Shown here piece by piece: positions 49,801 through 59,388 of a stretch of 64,000 bases of DNA; the stretch's first letter is position 1, and every line of letters starts with the position of its first letter. The translations under genes were made by a program, and so were the position numbers. The stretch is from a virus (lineage: Duplodnaviria > Caudoviricetes), in the IMG/VR virus record IMGVR_UViG_3300009648_000003, positions 1-64,000 of that record. One strand, written 5' to 3'. The notes under the pieces are model-generated. The model saw only the letters and a list, made by a program, of their open reading frames with translations. It was not told the origin of the DNA and searched no databases.

Positions 49801-50072
49801 TATTGTGGGTATTCTATGTCAACAGTTACCCTGTCACCTTGAATTTGTTTTATTTCCCCATAACCTATTATTGGATAGTTAGAGTTATTTTTTATTGATG
49901 TTAGAACTAGATCTCCTTGTTTTAAAGTTTCTAGTAAAGTATCTTTCAAGGAGTACCTATCTAACATAATTAACCGCTGAAAACCATCAAAAGTGGTTAA
50001 TTTTTCCCCTTCTTCTGGAATCCAAATAAAGGGGAATTTCTCATATTCATTCTTTTTCAATTGTTTATACAT
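46881..50072 (-). CDS. nrdJ: class II (B12-dependent) ribonucleotide reductase containing an intein
   Basis: PGGRIL, TLFNC, GSRRGAQM, EPGVIF, TNP|CAEQ, CNLG, TIAPVGS; no small-subunit gene nearby. Confidence 0.9.
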   Translation of the reverse strand: MYKQLKKNEYEKFPFIWIPEEGEKLTTFDGFQRLIMLDRYSLKDTLLETLKQGDLVLTSIKNNSNYPIIGYGEIKQIQGDRVTVDIEYPQYVEGVDLKNLEKSKGEITKPLEIYWEQIAYRVAKAIAGVENPDKQDEVFKDFYWMISNKYYIPGGRILYGAGNPADVTLFNCFSLGNVPDSRGGIIDHIKTATEIMSRGGGVGSCISTLRPRNAVVKGVNGFSSGSISWANYLSELTHLISQAGSRRGAQMIGQHIWHPDILEFTMCKIQNPYLLDLLSNHTNPRIAEIAEMYLIRDENGNPVDVVDKEFMSGANISVLITDDFMEKVKAGDMWELKYPDLENLTKEQKEIYDTEWVNMNGLIEEWERRGLPTKVYETIPARDLWDLINICARYSAEPGVIFIDRYNKEANSYYYTTIMITNPCQPKGEYILTEDGFKKIENIVDHIVLGGKKYKSTPMFKTGTKEVYKVTLENGTEIRMTDNHRVTTPEGDIELRYLKEGSKVLVDYTPVFEPVVTNQEEYEKGILLGWLLADGALYKQDEISKRGWIAIAVGENEFEYRDRLEQMLRKYDPNFEFKPHASKPNTCYEGRICKYEYRQKLLKDLKINSETNKFDIDYDKLTKDMKLGLLRALFTCDGSSRCEGIATLYSNNKQFLLHIQRILKEFGVYSSISVHNNARKYKSSDGKIRNNDTTYKIMVYDVTFKKIGFLTEYKNKTMMERKTKNSSVIEKKKKILKIKSIKFDGIEDVYDITVDTMHHYNTNGLIVHNCAEQGLPKYGVCNLGAINLAEISKDGKIDYELLEKITRISQRFSDDVIDASYYFIDENEKMSKRERRVGKGITGLADLMINQKLRYGSPEMIELTEKLLKFIALVSYDESVNLAKEKGSFYYFDKDKFLESGYMKQMPRSIREKIRKYGIRNVTSLTIAPVGSTGSMIGVGNGIEPYFAFKYYRSGRMGEFIEINAPIAQKYFEENPNATELPDYYVSAMELTPEEHVLVQAAAQKWIDSSISKTVNAPATFTVEDNKKLYELAYKKGLKGITVYVDGSRDTQILNIDKKSKNN
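47766..48803 (-). mobile_element. intein with LAGLIDADG endonuclease (346 aa)
   Basis: Begins CQPKGEYILT, ends GLIVHN followed by Cys; LLGWLLADG and LRALFTCDG motifs. Confidence 0.92.
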
Positions 50073-50082
50073 AACAATCCTC

Positions 50083-50433
50083 CTAATAATTATTTTTTAT
50101 GTGTGTTATTGCGTCGTTTAAAAAGTCAAATTTATTAGAAACTACTACATATAGTAGATAATTCCTAATCTTTTCACCGACCCCCACAATGGGTATACTT
50201 TTAGTATATGCCTCTATAAGTATGAAACTCTCATCAAATGTTAAACTTTTTTTATCTAAATTTAATAATACTATAGAAGTATTGTTAACAATTTTTTTAC
50301 AGAGAAGTTCGTATTCTTTTGGACTCATACCCCCCTCAGTTTCCTTGAAGGGGGTATGGTGTATAGTAGAATATCCACCTATTTTTATATTAATATCAGG
50401 GATAAATCCAACCATCAATAAATTATTCATCAT
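50083..50433 (-). CDS. nucleoside 2-deoxyribosyltransferase-like protein (divergent)
   Basis: SIVLLNLD...EAYTKSIPIVG...LNDAITHI pattern; adjacent to the RNR. Confidence 0.4.
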   Translation of the reverse strand: MMNNLLMVGFIPDINIKIGGYSTIHHTPFKETEGGMSPKEYELLCKKIVNNTSIVLLNLDKKSLTFDESFILIEAYTKSIPIVGVGEKIRNYLLYVVVSNKFDFLNDAITHIKNNY

Positions 50434-50773
50434 TATCCCCCCATGTGTGAATTTTTTCTACTATGGAATAAAAATCTCTGTCTGTTAAAATAAAATAATC
50501 TTTTCCATCTCCAAAAGAAAAAACAAGGGCGGGGGTTTTACCTGTCAAAAAAGCTTCATTTTCTATTTTATCTAACCACTCTTTCTTTATAGTAATAGAT
50601 TTTGAAGGTTTAACTTTTGTTTTAGCTTCTATTCTAAAATTTTTACTTACTACATCAGATTTATTAAACCATATAGCACCAGAATTCATTGTTTGTTTTG
50701 CTTCTTCTTTAATCTCTTTGAGACTCTTTGTTATTCTCTGTTCTTGTTTTTGGGATTGTTTCTTTATTGACAT
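50423..50773 (-). CDS. PD-(D/E)XK Holliday junction resolvase-like nuclease
   Basis: SGA...SDV...IEAK. Confidence 0.7.
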   Translation of the reverse strand: MSIKKQSQKQEQRITKSLKEIKEEAKQTMNSGAIWFNKSDVVSKNFRIEAKTKVKPSKSITIKKEWLDKIENEAFLTGKTPALVFSFGDGKDYFILTDRDFYSIVEKIHTWGDNDE

Positions 50774-51020
50774 CCGTTATCACCTCATTTATTGCACTTA
50801 ACATCCCTATCCTTGCTAAAATTTCATGATTTTCAAGAAACATTTGTGTTATATTTGTTGTAACTTCTTCAGTAATAACAGGTAATAGTTCATTTCCATA
50901 CATTCTCATAAAATTATCCACAGCTTCTTCGTTGATTTTGTTCATGAGTTTTACTTCTAAATAACTAAATATTGCATATATGGCAATACACACGCCTAAA
51001 AACATTGCAACTTTTATCAT
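50709..51020 (-). CDS. hypothetical membrane-anchored protein
   Basis: N-terminal TM segment. Confidence 0.5.
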   Translation of the reverse strand: MIKVAMFLGVCIAIYAIFSYLEVKLMNKINEEAVDNFMRMYGNELLPVITEEVTTNITQMFLENHEILARIGMLSAINEVITDVNKETIPKTRTENNKESQRD

Positions 51021-51025
51021 CTAAT

Positions 51026-52084
51026 TTACCCCCTTATTATCTCTTGCACTATAGTAAACATTTGGGTATATAGTTTTCCTTCATTTTCTTTTATATCTTT
51101 TATTAGTGCTTCTTGTGTTCTCTTTGTTCCATTCCATTTTAATTCTTTGCCTTCTTCATCCACCATTATTTCTCCTGTACGAGGATCTGTAAATGTGAGC
51201 CAACTAGTCCCCTGTAAAACACCTATTTCTTTGCATACCGCTACAAGTTCAGCTATTTTATCTACTCCATGCTCATAGTATAAGTCTATTGTTGCTTGTC
51301 TGAATGGTGGGGCTATTTTGTTTTTTATTACTTTTACTCTAATTTGTTGACCAAAATATTTTTTATCTTTACCTGTACCTTTGGTAAAATAGTCTCCTAT
51401 AGCCACTTCAAGAGTGTGAGTACTTGCATGTTTTAAACTTCTGCCTCCCGATGTAGTTGTCGGAGTTCCATATAATGAGAAACCACCTATCTTATCTCTC
51501 AGTTGCTGAATAAATATTAATGAAGTTCCTGATTCTCTTAATAATCCTGAATTAACTAATTTCCTCATTGCCTTAGAATTTATTTTAGCAGTACCCCCAA
51601 CTCTTGATTCTTTATCCCAATCTGTTTCCTGCAATTCTTCCTTAGGTATTAAGCCATCAACAGAATCTAATGTAATAATACTAAATTTCTTACTTCTTAG
51701 CATGTATTCAATCATATCATATACTTTTTCTGCATGAGTATCAGGTTGTAATATCATTAACCGATCTAAATTAACCCCTAATTTTTGAGCCCAATCAGGG
51801 CTAAATCCATTCTCTAAATCTATCAGTGCAGTTTCTTTTTCAGGTTCATTTACCTGTGCTTCTGCAATAGCCATATAAGCTATAGTGGATTTTCCAGCTT
51901 TTTCAGCCCCCTGGAGGAGGGCTAGTCTGCCTTGAGCAAATCCTCCCCCCATTGCTAAATCTAATAATAAAGAACCTGAGGGTCTAACTTTTATATCAGT
52001 CAGTCTCTCATCCTCACCTAAGAGGAATATAGAATCTTCTCCAAACTCTTTTCTGAAAGAGTTTAAAAAATCTTTAGTATCCAT
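51026..52084 (-). CDS. recA: RecA recombinase
   Basis: SGSLLLDLAMGGG, GAEKAGKST, IDLEN, LDSV, TTSGGRSLKH, KNKIAPPF. Confidence 0.93.
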   Translation of the reverse strand: MDTKDFLNSFRKEFGEDSIFLLGEDERLTDIKVRPSGSLLLDLAMGGGFAQGRLALLQGAEKAGKSTIAYMAIAEAQVNEPEKETALIDLENGFSPDWAQKLGVNLDRLMILQPDTHAEKVYDMIEYMLRSKKFSIITLDSVDGLIPKEELQETDWDKESRVGGTAKINSKAMRKLVNSGLLRESGTSLIFIQQLRDKIGGFSLYGTPTTTSGGRSLKHASTHTLEVAIGDYFTKGTGKDKKYFGQQIRVKVIKNKIAPPFRQATIDLYYEHGVDKIAELVAVCKEIGVLQGTSWLTFTDPRTGEIMVDEEGKELKWNGTKRTQEALIKDIKENEGKLYTQMFTIVQEIIRG

Positions 52085-52194
52085 TTAATCTCCCCCTCCA
52101 ATGTAAAATTTTGCTTTCTATAAAATCAATAATTTTCCCTTTTTCATTTCTTACAGTTAATACGCATGAACCTAATTCTTGCATACTTCACCCT

Positions 52195-52383
52195 CTATAG
52201 GTATTCCAAATCTTTTACATTAGTTGCTTTACTGTGTGTATCTGAACCATACTGAACAAATACATATTTATCATTTTTACTAGTTATAATACCTTCTTCT
52301 TTTTGGTCTTCCCCACACCCCTTAAAGGGGGTATATACTACTTTTCTTCCTATTTCTACTTCAGATAATTTCAGCTTTTTCAC
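52195..52383 (-). CDS. hypothetical protein
   Basis: ORF track, SD. Confidence 0.5.
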   Translation of the reverse strand: MKKLKLSEVEIGRKVVYTPFKGCGEDQKEEGIITSKNDKYVFVQYGSDTHSKATNVKDLEYL

Positions 52384-52394
52384 CCCCCCCTTTT

Positions 52395-52937
52395 TTACTG
52401 TGACCCTCCTCTATTATCATTTCTTCTGTTATCTAAGACATCATTCATTCTCCTAGTTATCTCTCGAGAAATAGCATCTGCTCTTCTCTCATAACCTTCT
52501 CTTAATGCTTTTATTGCTATCATCATTGATAGGCTCTCTGTGTATTTCTGTTCCCACTCTCTGTATAAAGGTTCCACATGAACCATAGCTTCCCTTAATT
52601 CCCGTCCTCCTTCCTGTAGAGTATAGAGCTGTTTTTTGATGGTATCTCTAATCTCTCTAGCAGTTGCTTGGTCTATATCAGCTATGGCTTCCACCCATCT
52701 TGCATAGGCTATAAGAGAAGTCCATTTATCTAAATAATCTCCAAGAGCATGAAATGGAATATTAGCAATTCCACCATAATTCTTTTTCATTTGTTCCCAC
52801 TCAGCAAATATATCAATACCTTCCACTAATTCTTTAGGCTTCACAGGTATTGGCAATCCTGCTTTTGTTATTTTAGCCATAGTAATCTCTCTAACAGTAT
52901 AATTATTTATCTCTGCCTCTATCTGTTGCCTGTTCAT
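52395..52937 (-). CDS. coiled-coil protein, possibly a UvsY-like recombination mediator
   Basis: Helical; near recA; weak resemblance only. Confidence 0.35.
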   Translation of the reverse strand: MNRQQIEAEINNYTVREITMAKITKAGLPIPVKPKELVEGIDIFAEWEQMKKNYGGIANIPFHALGDYLDKWTSLIAYARWVEAIADIDQATAREIRDTIKKQLYTLQEGGRELREAMVHVEPLYREWEQKYTESLSMMIAIKALREGYERRADAISREITRRMNDVLDNRRNDNRGGSQ

Positions 52938-53496
52938 TAATAATCTCCTTCCATAAAGTGTGGTAATAAGTTAAAAACATATTTTCAAAATATTCCTCAG
53001 TATAATCATTGCAGAAATTTAGACTGGTTAATACTACAGTTTCCATTTCATCCCATATATTCCCACCAAGAAAATATCTTCCTTCAAGTACAGTTATTTC
53101 TTCATCAATAACATTTACCAAATAGAGGTCACTTACTGTTAAATCCCAATATTGAGGGTGTAATGCCATACAAATACTTGTAGTTAATTTTCCTTCTAGG
53201 CTAAGATAATCTGGTAGATATTTTTTTACGGGGGATGGGACGTCAGATAAATAAGCTTCACTGGCATCATGTAACAAACCTAATAGTTGTGTTTTATAAG
53301 AAAGCCCCATCTCTTTTAACACAGATGAAACATTTATTGAATGTTCTGCTATAGAGTAAAATCTTTTAGTATTCCCATTAAATCTACATTGCATAGACAG
53401 AGAATGTGCTATATCATATATATCTATATCTTCTTCCTTTATTTCAAATGGATTTATTAATTTTCCAGTATAAGTTTGAATGATTGAATCATTCAT
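52903..53496 (-). CDS. HD-domain 5'-deoxynucleotidase (YfbR/YfdR-like)
   Basis: DIAHSLS..CRFNG, YSIAEHS, LLHDASEAYLSD. Confidence 0.85.
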   Translation of the reverse strand: MNDSIIQTYTGKLINPFEIKEEDIDIYDIAHSLSMQCRFNGNTKRFYSIAEHSINVSSVLKEMGLSYKTQLLGLLHDASEAYLSDVPSPVKKYLPDYLSLEGKLTTSICMALHPQYWDLTVSDLYLVNVIDEEITVLEGRYFLGGNIWDEMETVVLTSLNFCNDYTEEYFENMFLTYYHTLWKEIINEQATDRGRDK

Positions 53497-53839
53497 TTTT
53501 CATTCCCTCCTCTTTCTCCCATGCTTCTTTCATCTTTACAAAATCTTCCCAATGGATTGCTACCAAAACATCTTTTGCATTTCCTTTTTCTCTCATTACT
53601 AATACAGGTAATTTTCCTGATTCCATCGCCTCTTTCTTTAATTTTTCCCACCATCTAAATATTGCTATTCTCTTATACACCTTGCATTCTATTTCGTATG
53701 TGGGATGAATTACATCACCAGTTCTAGCTTTTCCTTCATCAGTTGTGTTAACAGCACCAGATCCCATGTTTCTTTTAGCACCATCAAATAAATGTTCACC
53801 TACCCATCTTTCAAATTGTTTCCATAGTTTATCACCCAT
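53489..53839 (-). CDS. second PD-(D/E)XK resolvase-like nuclease
   Basis: WKQFER...GDVIHP..EIECK. Confidence 0.7.
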   Translation of the reverse strand: MGDKLWKQFERWVGEHLFDGAKRNMGSGAVNTTDEGKARTGDVIHPTYEIECKVYKRIAIFRWWEKLKKEAMESGKLPVLVMREKGNAKDVLVAIHWEDFVKMKEAWEKEEGMKNE

Positions 53840-53874
53840 TAAATCACTCCTCTAAAATAAATTTAATTATTCTT

Positions 53875-54465
53875 CTATAACCACCTAATAACAAGTTCAC
53901 CTTCATACCCTTGTTCCCATACAAACCATGCCAAGAATAAAGCAGTAGCCCAAGGTTTCCCTGTTTTTGGATTTACTTCCCAACCATTTCTCATAGTTGC
54001 CTGTCTCTCACTAAAACAATATACATACTTTAGTGGAGAATTTTCTAGAAACTTCCTCCGCCCACTACTCTCCAAAAACTGTATCTTCATAAGCATAATC
54101 ACCTTATCATTACTTAAATCTAATGCCCTCTGGACAAAAGGCAGTGCCAGTTTAAAAGGAGGATTAGTAATAATATTGTCAAACTTTCTTCCAAAATCAT
54201 AAGTTAAAAAATCTATTCCTGTTTTTCCATAACCATAATCATATAAATCAGTAGATATTATTTCTCTATGAGGATAGTAATGTTCCAGGATTTTAGATAT
54301 ATGCCCCATTCCACAGGCAGGTTCTAATATGCTTTCACCTTCAAGATAAACTTCATCTAGTATAGCTTTAGTTGTCTCAGAAGGAGTGGCATAAAAGTCA
54401 TGTTCTTGTCTCTTCCAATCATTACTTTTACCACCAGTAATTAAACTCACACTTTTGTTTGTCAT
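53875..54465 (-). CDS. putative DNA N6-adenine methyltransferase
   Basis: DFYATP, ILEPACGMG, IITNPPF. Confidence 0.8.
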   Translation of the reverse strand: MTNKSVSLITGGKSNDWKRQEHDFYATPSETTKAILDEVYLEGESILEPACGMGHISKILEHYYPHREIISTDLYDYGYGKTGIDFLTYDFGRKFDNIITNPPFKLALPFVQRALDLSNDKVIMLMKIQFLESSGRRKFLENSPLKYVYCFSERQATMRNGWEVNPKTGKPWATALFLAWFVWEQGYEGELVIRWL

Positions 54466-54651
54466 GATACATCCCCTTTCTATTTCTCATTTCAAACTAA
54501 ATATACGAAATAGATAATAAATTGAATAAAACTTAATTTTTAATGAGGATGATTTAGACAAGTTGGGGTCATAAATATTTTCATAAAAAAGACTAGGTTT
54601 CCCTAGTCTAATAAGTTTATTTGTACAAATCATGAATATCCACTTTTATGA

Positions 54652-55107
54652 TTAAAAATATGAATCTATAGTATTTATAAATATCTGTTTTAATTCATCA
54701 CTATACCCAAATCTCTTTTGATTAAATTCTATACTTTTGTATATATCCCCATCATTATGTCGCATTGTTGCTGCTTTCCAATCGCATATCATTTCTATTA
54801 AATCTACTAAAGTCATATCTTTAATTCCATTATTGTAATATTCGGGATGATGAGAATTATTAGCATAGTGGCTATCAAGTGCCACTTTCATTTCTTTTAA
54901 AAATTGATTATATTCATCACTACCATAAGTTGAATTAGTTAATTTAGAGGTATATTCGGTGAATATATCTATCTCTGGGTTTTTTAATTTTGAGTCGTCA
55001 TGATATATGCTTCTGATAATTAAATCATACAAAATAACACTTATACACTTACTTACATTTTGTTTATGTTTATATGTCTCACACATTGTTTCAAATTTAT
55101 CCATCAT
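54652..55107 (-). CDS. HD-like protein (DUF5662-like)
   Basis: HDDSK, HYANNSHHPE, DLIEMICDWKAA. Confidence 0.7.
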   Translation of the reverse strand: MMDKFETMCETYKHKQNVSKCISVILYDLIIRSIYHDDSKLKNPEIDIFTEYTSKLTNSTYGSDEYNQFLKEMKVALDSHYANNSHHPEYYNNGIKDMTLVDLIEMICDWKAATMRHNDGDIYKSIEFNQKRFGYSDELKQIFINTIDSYF

Positions 55108-55134
55108 ACAACACCTTTCTTTATTTTATATATT

Positions 55135-55646
55135 CTAGTCTACATACACCCACTCTACTTTTTTTATTTCTTTTTGTTCTACCTCATATGCAGTAAAATC
55201 TTGCATCCAATCTTCATAACCATAATCTTTATAGCCATACCTCGCTTGTGCTAAATTAATCATGAAGGTCTTACCATCAGACGGTCTTTTCAAGACATAA
55301 CTAAAATATCTAGCATCCTCATCTTCTTCTACCTCAAGTTCGTCAACATATTCCCACTTTTCACCATCAATTATTAAATCCTCTCCCCTGTATATAGCCT
55401 TAATATGCTCATCTGTTAATTTAATCCTCATAAGACTACCTCCTTTTGTATTTTTTATAACCCTAAAAATCATTATTCTACTTTTCTATTAAAATTTGGT
55501 CGATCCTCATATTTCATGCTATCTTCAGGATTATATGGGTAACAATTTTTACATTGTTTTGGTATATCTGTTTCATTTATTATAGCTTGGATTAATTTTT
55601 TACCGTACATACAATCAGTGCAATATACATGTGTATTTTTATTCAT
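55135..55646 (-). other. two small hypothetical CDSs (55135-55473 and a Cys-containing ~57-aa ORF starting 55646)
   Basis: ORF track and manual reading. Confidence 0.5.
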
Positions 55647-55672
55647 GTGCTGACCCCCTTTTTTACATATAA

Positions 55673-56482
55673 TTAACCTTCCTTATTACATAGAGATTTA
55701 TAAGGACAAAATCTACAGGTTATACTATTTCCATCTTTATCTGGTAATTCATTGTTCAATACTTTCCTCTCCACCCCTTGAATTTTATCCTTTACCCATT
55801 CTAATTGTTCATCAGTGTAATCTATTGTGTATGCTTTCAAGTTTTGAGTACCTTTACATAGATACAAAAACATTATTTTTCTCAACCCTATACACATTGA
55901 ATAAAGAGCACCTTGTTTTATGTGATCTGGCAATGGTTCTATTAGATATTCAAAATCCTTTGGATTAATAGTTTTAAATTCAAACAAAAATGGGTACCCA
56001 TCATATTCCATAGCACCATCTATCATTGCAGATATAGGAAATTTTTCTGTGAATCTATAATCTAAAAATTTTATTTCCATAGGGGGTGCATTGTGTTCCT
56101 CCAAAATCTCTACTCCCTCTGCCCCAAAAAAGGGTAATTCTTCTTTTGGCAAAAGTTTTATAGGATAATCTAATTTGTTCATTTCCATAAACACATCTTT
56201 TTGTATCCATTCATGAAGCTGTGTTCCTACTTGAAGTATTCTTTGACTTCTTGGGTAAATACCTTCTTTCCCTTTTATACCTTTGAAGAAATAATAAGTT
56301 TGTCTTTCACATTTAAAGTACTGAGAAGGACGAAAAGCTAATCGTCGCTCTTCTCTGTCCCTCTCTCTTTCAGCTTTCTCTACTAAAAATGTGTCTATTT
56401 CATCAATAAATCTCTCTTCAAAAGACTTATTTGCCTCTTTTTGTTCTTTTTTAATTTGATTTGCTAAACTCTTTAACCCCAT
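55673..56482 (-). CDS. Cas4-like PD-(D/E)XK exonuclease
   Basis: RPSQYFKCER, GTQLHE, IDG, FEFKT, C-terminal CRFCPYKSLC. Confidence 0.8.
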   Translation of the reverse strand: MGLKSLANQIKKEQKEANKSFEERFIDEIDTFLVEKAERERDREERRLAFRPSQYFKCERQTYYFFKGIKGKEGIYPRSQRILQVGTQLHEWIQKDVFMEMNKLDYPIKLLPKEELPFFGAEGVEILEEHNAPPMEIKFLDYRFTEKFPISAMIDGAMEYDGYPFLFEFKTINPKDFEYLIEPLPDHIKQGALYSMCIGLRKIMFLYLCKGTQNLKAYTIDYTDEQLEWVKDKIQGVERKVLNNELPDKDGNSITCRFCPYKSLCNKEG

Positions 56483-56763
56483 ATTAAAGCCCCCCTCCTA
56501 AAGTCAGAATCACGTAACCCTTCATTGCAAGCTTCTTCATAATTACTTGTAGCCATAAAATCCACACCATCTATTGTTAAATAGTAGAAATATTTATTAT
56601 CATCCTCAACTGTATAATCATAATCTAAACGTACTTTTGATGAAAAGAACTTGGATAATTTTTTAATCCTGTCAACACTGATGTGTATATAATTTGAGCC
56701 TATAGCACCCATTTCTTCTCGAATTTTTAAATATAATTTAGCATTTTCCAAAAAATTATACAT
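56473..56763 (-). CDS. hypothetical protein
   Basis: Overlaps both neighbours. Confidence 0.5.
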   Translation of the reverse strand: MYNFLENAKLYLKIREEMGAIGSNYIHISVDRIKKLSKFFSSKVRLDYDYTVEDDNKYFYYLTIDGVDFMATSNYEEACNEGLRDSDFRRGALIWG

Positions 56764-58927
56764 CTTCTTCCCCCCATAGTTCTTTTAAATCATCTTCATT
56801 CATCTTTTGACCCCATCTTTCAGATATTTCTATATCAGATTTCATTCCACATTTTAGTGGAATTGCGTTGCACATAATCTCTGCAAATTCTTTCAAGGGC
56901 TCCATACCTAAATCTTCAGGTATATCCAGTATTATCTCATCATGAACCCAGAGTAATATATTACAATCATATTTCTTGAGGGCGGGTTGTAAGTCTATAG
57001 TAGCCTTCTTAGTCATATCAGCAGCAGAGTTATGGCACATGAAATTAGATGCTATATAACTATGGTCCTCTGTAAATATCTCAATATCCATTGTAGGTCT
57101 TACACCTAAATCTTCAATACTAGTTATCTTTGTAAAACTAATAGTATCTAATAGATAAATGAACCTATTAACTTCTTCTGTTTCCTCACACATTTTTAAA
57201 TACTTTAAACAGGAGTCTTTTGTAGCACTACCTTGTTTAAACCTATAAACATGACTTCGTTCACTTGCTGTCAGTTTTTTGAATAGTTCTTTATCCTTCC
57301 TTAGTACTTTATAAACATCCATTATTAAGTCTCTTGGAACTAATGACCTAGTTTTTAAATTCAGGTACTTATTTAACCTATCTTGCTTATGCTTTATCTT
57401 AAACCCAATTAATTCATTAAATCGTTTATAAGAGTTTAAATCTACAAAAGTCCTGAACACACCTTCTTCAGTTTCTCTAAACCTAGCTCTAATTCCTAAT
57501 GATTCTAATAACAAATACACTTTAAAACTCACATCTCTACTTATAGAGGTAAACGTCAGAGTATTACTACTCCATCCACCATCTGCATTAAATAATCCTC
57601 TTAAAATCTGGCATCTTACATCAGTTGGAGCAGTTAAATACCACTCAGGTATTATCTTGTTCTTACCTGATACTTGAGTTAACCCTAATTCTTTTAACAT
57701 GTCTCTAAAGTTTTTATTATTAATTACTAATACATACGCCTCTCCCACACTACCTCTACTTCTTTCAATTTTCTGTTTTGTAAGATTATAATTAGTTCTC
57801 AAATAGCTATCTATTTCTTTTAAATATGATAGTTTTTTCCTACCTCCACTTATACTTATATCTCTGTTGTTAGTATAAGAACCGTCACCTATAATAGCAC
57901 CTAAAAACTCATGTATGGTCATATCATTATCAGTTACCGCTACTTTTGGTGTGTAATTTGCAATAGCTATAATATCTCCTACCTTCAAACTTTCTAAAGG
58001 TACAAAGATTAACTCACCTTTATCATATATTGCAAATCTGTGTTCTGCGGTAGCATCTATTGAAGTGTGTAAAGTATTTAATCTATATAGCTTCTTCTCC
58101 CCACTATTCCATACTTTGTAATCTTTTGTTGTACCTGAAAAGGTTACTAACTCATGATTAGTAATATCTTTTATAGGCACATACCCCTCTGTAGTTAATA
58201 TTGGAGTTTCAATATCTAAGCACCCTTGTATGGGTGAGTTCATTCCTACTCTATAAGCTGATTCTAGTAGCCATTGTTGCCCTGAAGTTACTTCTGGGTA
58301 CAACCTTCTTTTTCTTCCCAATAATGTCTCTACATACATTTTTTCTCTTACTTGTTTTTTAGTTTCTTCCATCCATTTTGCCACCCCAGGGTAAGTTTGC
58401 TTGTAAGATTGTATATACATCATTGCCTCTTCCTCAGTTATTTCTAAATTTTCTGCTAACCCTATAGGAGTAGTGCCATATACAATTGAAAAGTTAACTG
58501 CCTTAGCTTTACCTCTCATTTTTTCATACTCAAGACCTAGTTCTATTTCTTTTATAAGAGTATCTCTGTCTTTAGTTAAAATAATTCCTTCTTTTAATGC
58601 TCTATCTAGATGTATATCATCATCTATTTTTTTATAGTCAATATTACCATCTTTATCTCTAAAAGTTTCAGATACTTTCCTTAATCTTTGAAAAGTATCT
58701 ATATCTGTTTTTTTATCTGGGAATTTATTATTCCATATTGTTACAGCTGTAGTAGAATGTACATCTCCTCCAGTGGTAAATATTTCATACATTACCTTAT
58801 CCCCTGAGATTTCTGTTAATATTCTTAACTCTTGACTGGAAAAATCCAAACTAGCCAATAATCTTCCTTCATCTGCAATAAAAGCGTTCCTGATTAAATT
58901 TGTGTAACTTGGTATCTGTTGTAAATT
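56756..58927 (-). CDS. polA: family A DNA polymerase, exon 2 (contains an intein)
   Basis: NLQQIP, DFSSQELR (motif A), RGKAKAVNFSIVYG (motif B), VHDE (motif C). Confidence 0.92.
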   Translation of the reverse strand, partial: NLQQIPSYTNLIRNAFIADEGRLLASLDFSSQELRILTEISGDKVMYEIFTTGGDVHSTTAVTIWNNKFPDKKTDIDTFQRLRKVSETFRDKDGNIDYKKIDDDIHLDRALKEGIILTKDRDTLIKEIELGLEYEKMRGKAKAVNFSIVYGTTPIGLAENLEITEEEAMMYIQSYKQTYPGVAKWMEETKKQVREKMYVETLLGRKRRLYPEVTSGQQWLLESAYRVGMNSPIQGCLDIETPILTTEGYVPIKDITNHELVTFSGTTKDYKVWNSGEKKLYRLNTLHTSIDATAEHRFAIYDKGELIFVPLESLKVGDIIAIANYTPKVAVTDNDMTIHEFLGAIIGDGSYTNNRDISISGGRKKLSYLKEIDSYLRTNYNLTKQKIERSRGSVGEAYVLVINNKNFRDMLKELGLTQVSGKNKIIPEWYLTAPTDVRCQILRGLFNADGGWSSNTLTFTSISRDVSFKVYLLLESLGIRARFRETEEGVFRTFVDLNSYKRFNELIGFKIKHKQDRLNKYLNLKTRSLVPRDLIMDVYKVLRKDKELFKKLTASERSHVYRFKQGSATKDSCLKYLKMCEETEEVNRFIYLLDTISFTKITSIEDLGVRPTMDIEIFTEDHSYIASNFMCHNSAADMTKKATIDLQPALKKYDCNILLWVHDEIILDIPEDLGMEPLKEFAEIMCNAIPLKCGMKSDIEISERWGQKMNEDDLKELWGEEDV
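57029..58222 (-). mobile_element. intein with LAGLIDADG endonuclease (398 aa)
   Basis: NSPIQG|CLDIETPILT...SNFMCHN|SAAD; FLGAIIGDG and LRGLFNADG motifs. Confidence 0.92.
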
Positions 58928-59388
58928 CATCTCGTTGTAGAGGGTTATTTAATCCCCTCACCCTCGTTTCCGAGGGGATCGGACTATATCATTATCTTAT
59001 AATCTGTTTGTACCTGCTGTAATTATCACGCAATCTAAAGTTCTCATAACCTACATACACCCAATCATAGAACTTTAAACTAATCCCCTACAGTCATCTC
59101 TAATTTAAGGTATATGTGGTGTTTACCCCTACTGTAATTGTTTTCTTTTAATAAATAATCTCTGGCGAACTCCATCCTCTCACCTCCCCTTCTTAAATAT
59201 TCAGATTATAAGATATTGGGTGCTCGTGTTTTCCTCATCACTGGTCTAGTGGTACGAAATTAGTCTCTGAACCTTCTAGGTATCCCTACCTAGCTCGGCT
59301 GCTGATTACCCTCGACATCACTCGTTAGGGTTCCCAGCAATTCTCCCAATTTTCATTAGTAAGTCGCCTTACTATGCCCCAATCTTTT
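58928..59388 (-). mobile_element. group I intron (461 nt) in the polymerase gene, with a decayed ORF remnant
   Basis: 5' exon ends in U (AAC CCU), intron ends in G; core elements AATTGCTGGGAA, AATCAGCAG, GTTCAGAGACTA, GATATAGTCC; splicing restores SSSNP|NLQQIP in frame. Confidence 0.92.

Noticed and set aside
52903-55107. HD-domain genes as part of a 2-aminoadenine (Z) or other base-modification pathway
   Set aside because: No PurZ or other modification enzymes recognised in the window; routine nucleotide-pool functions suffice.
55673-56482. Cas4-like gene as evidence of a CRISPR-Cas locus
   Set aside because: Stand-alone Cas4-like nucleases are common in phage replication modules; no other cas genes or canonical array are present.
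58928-59388. Polymerase as a broken pseudogene or natural two-subunit enzyme
   Set aside because: The gap has group I intron core elements and correct U/G splice boundaries that restore the frame.
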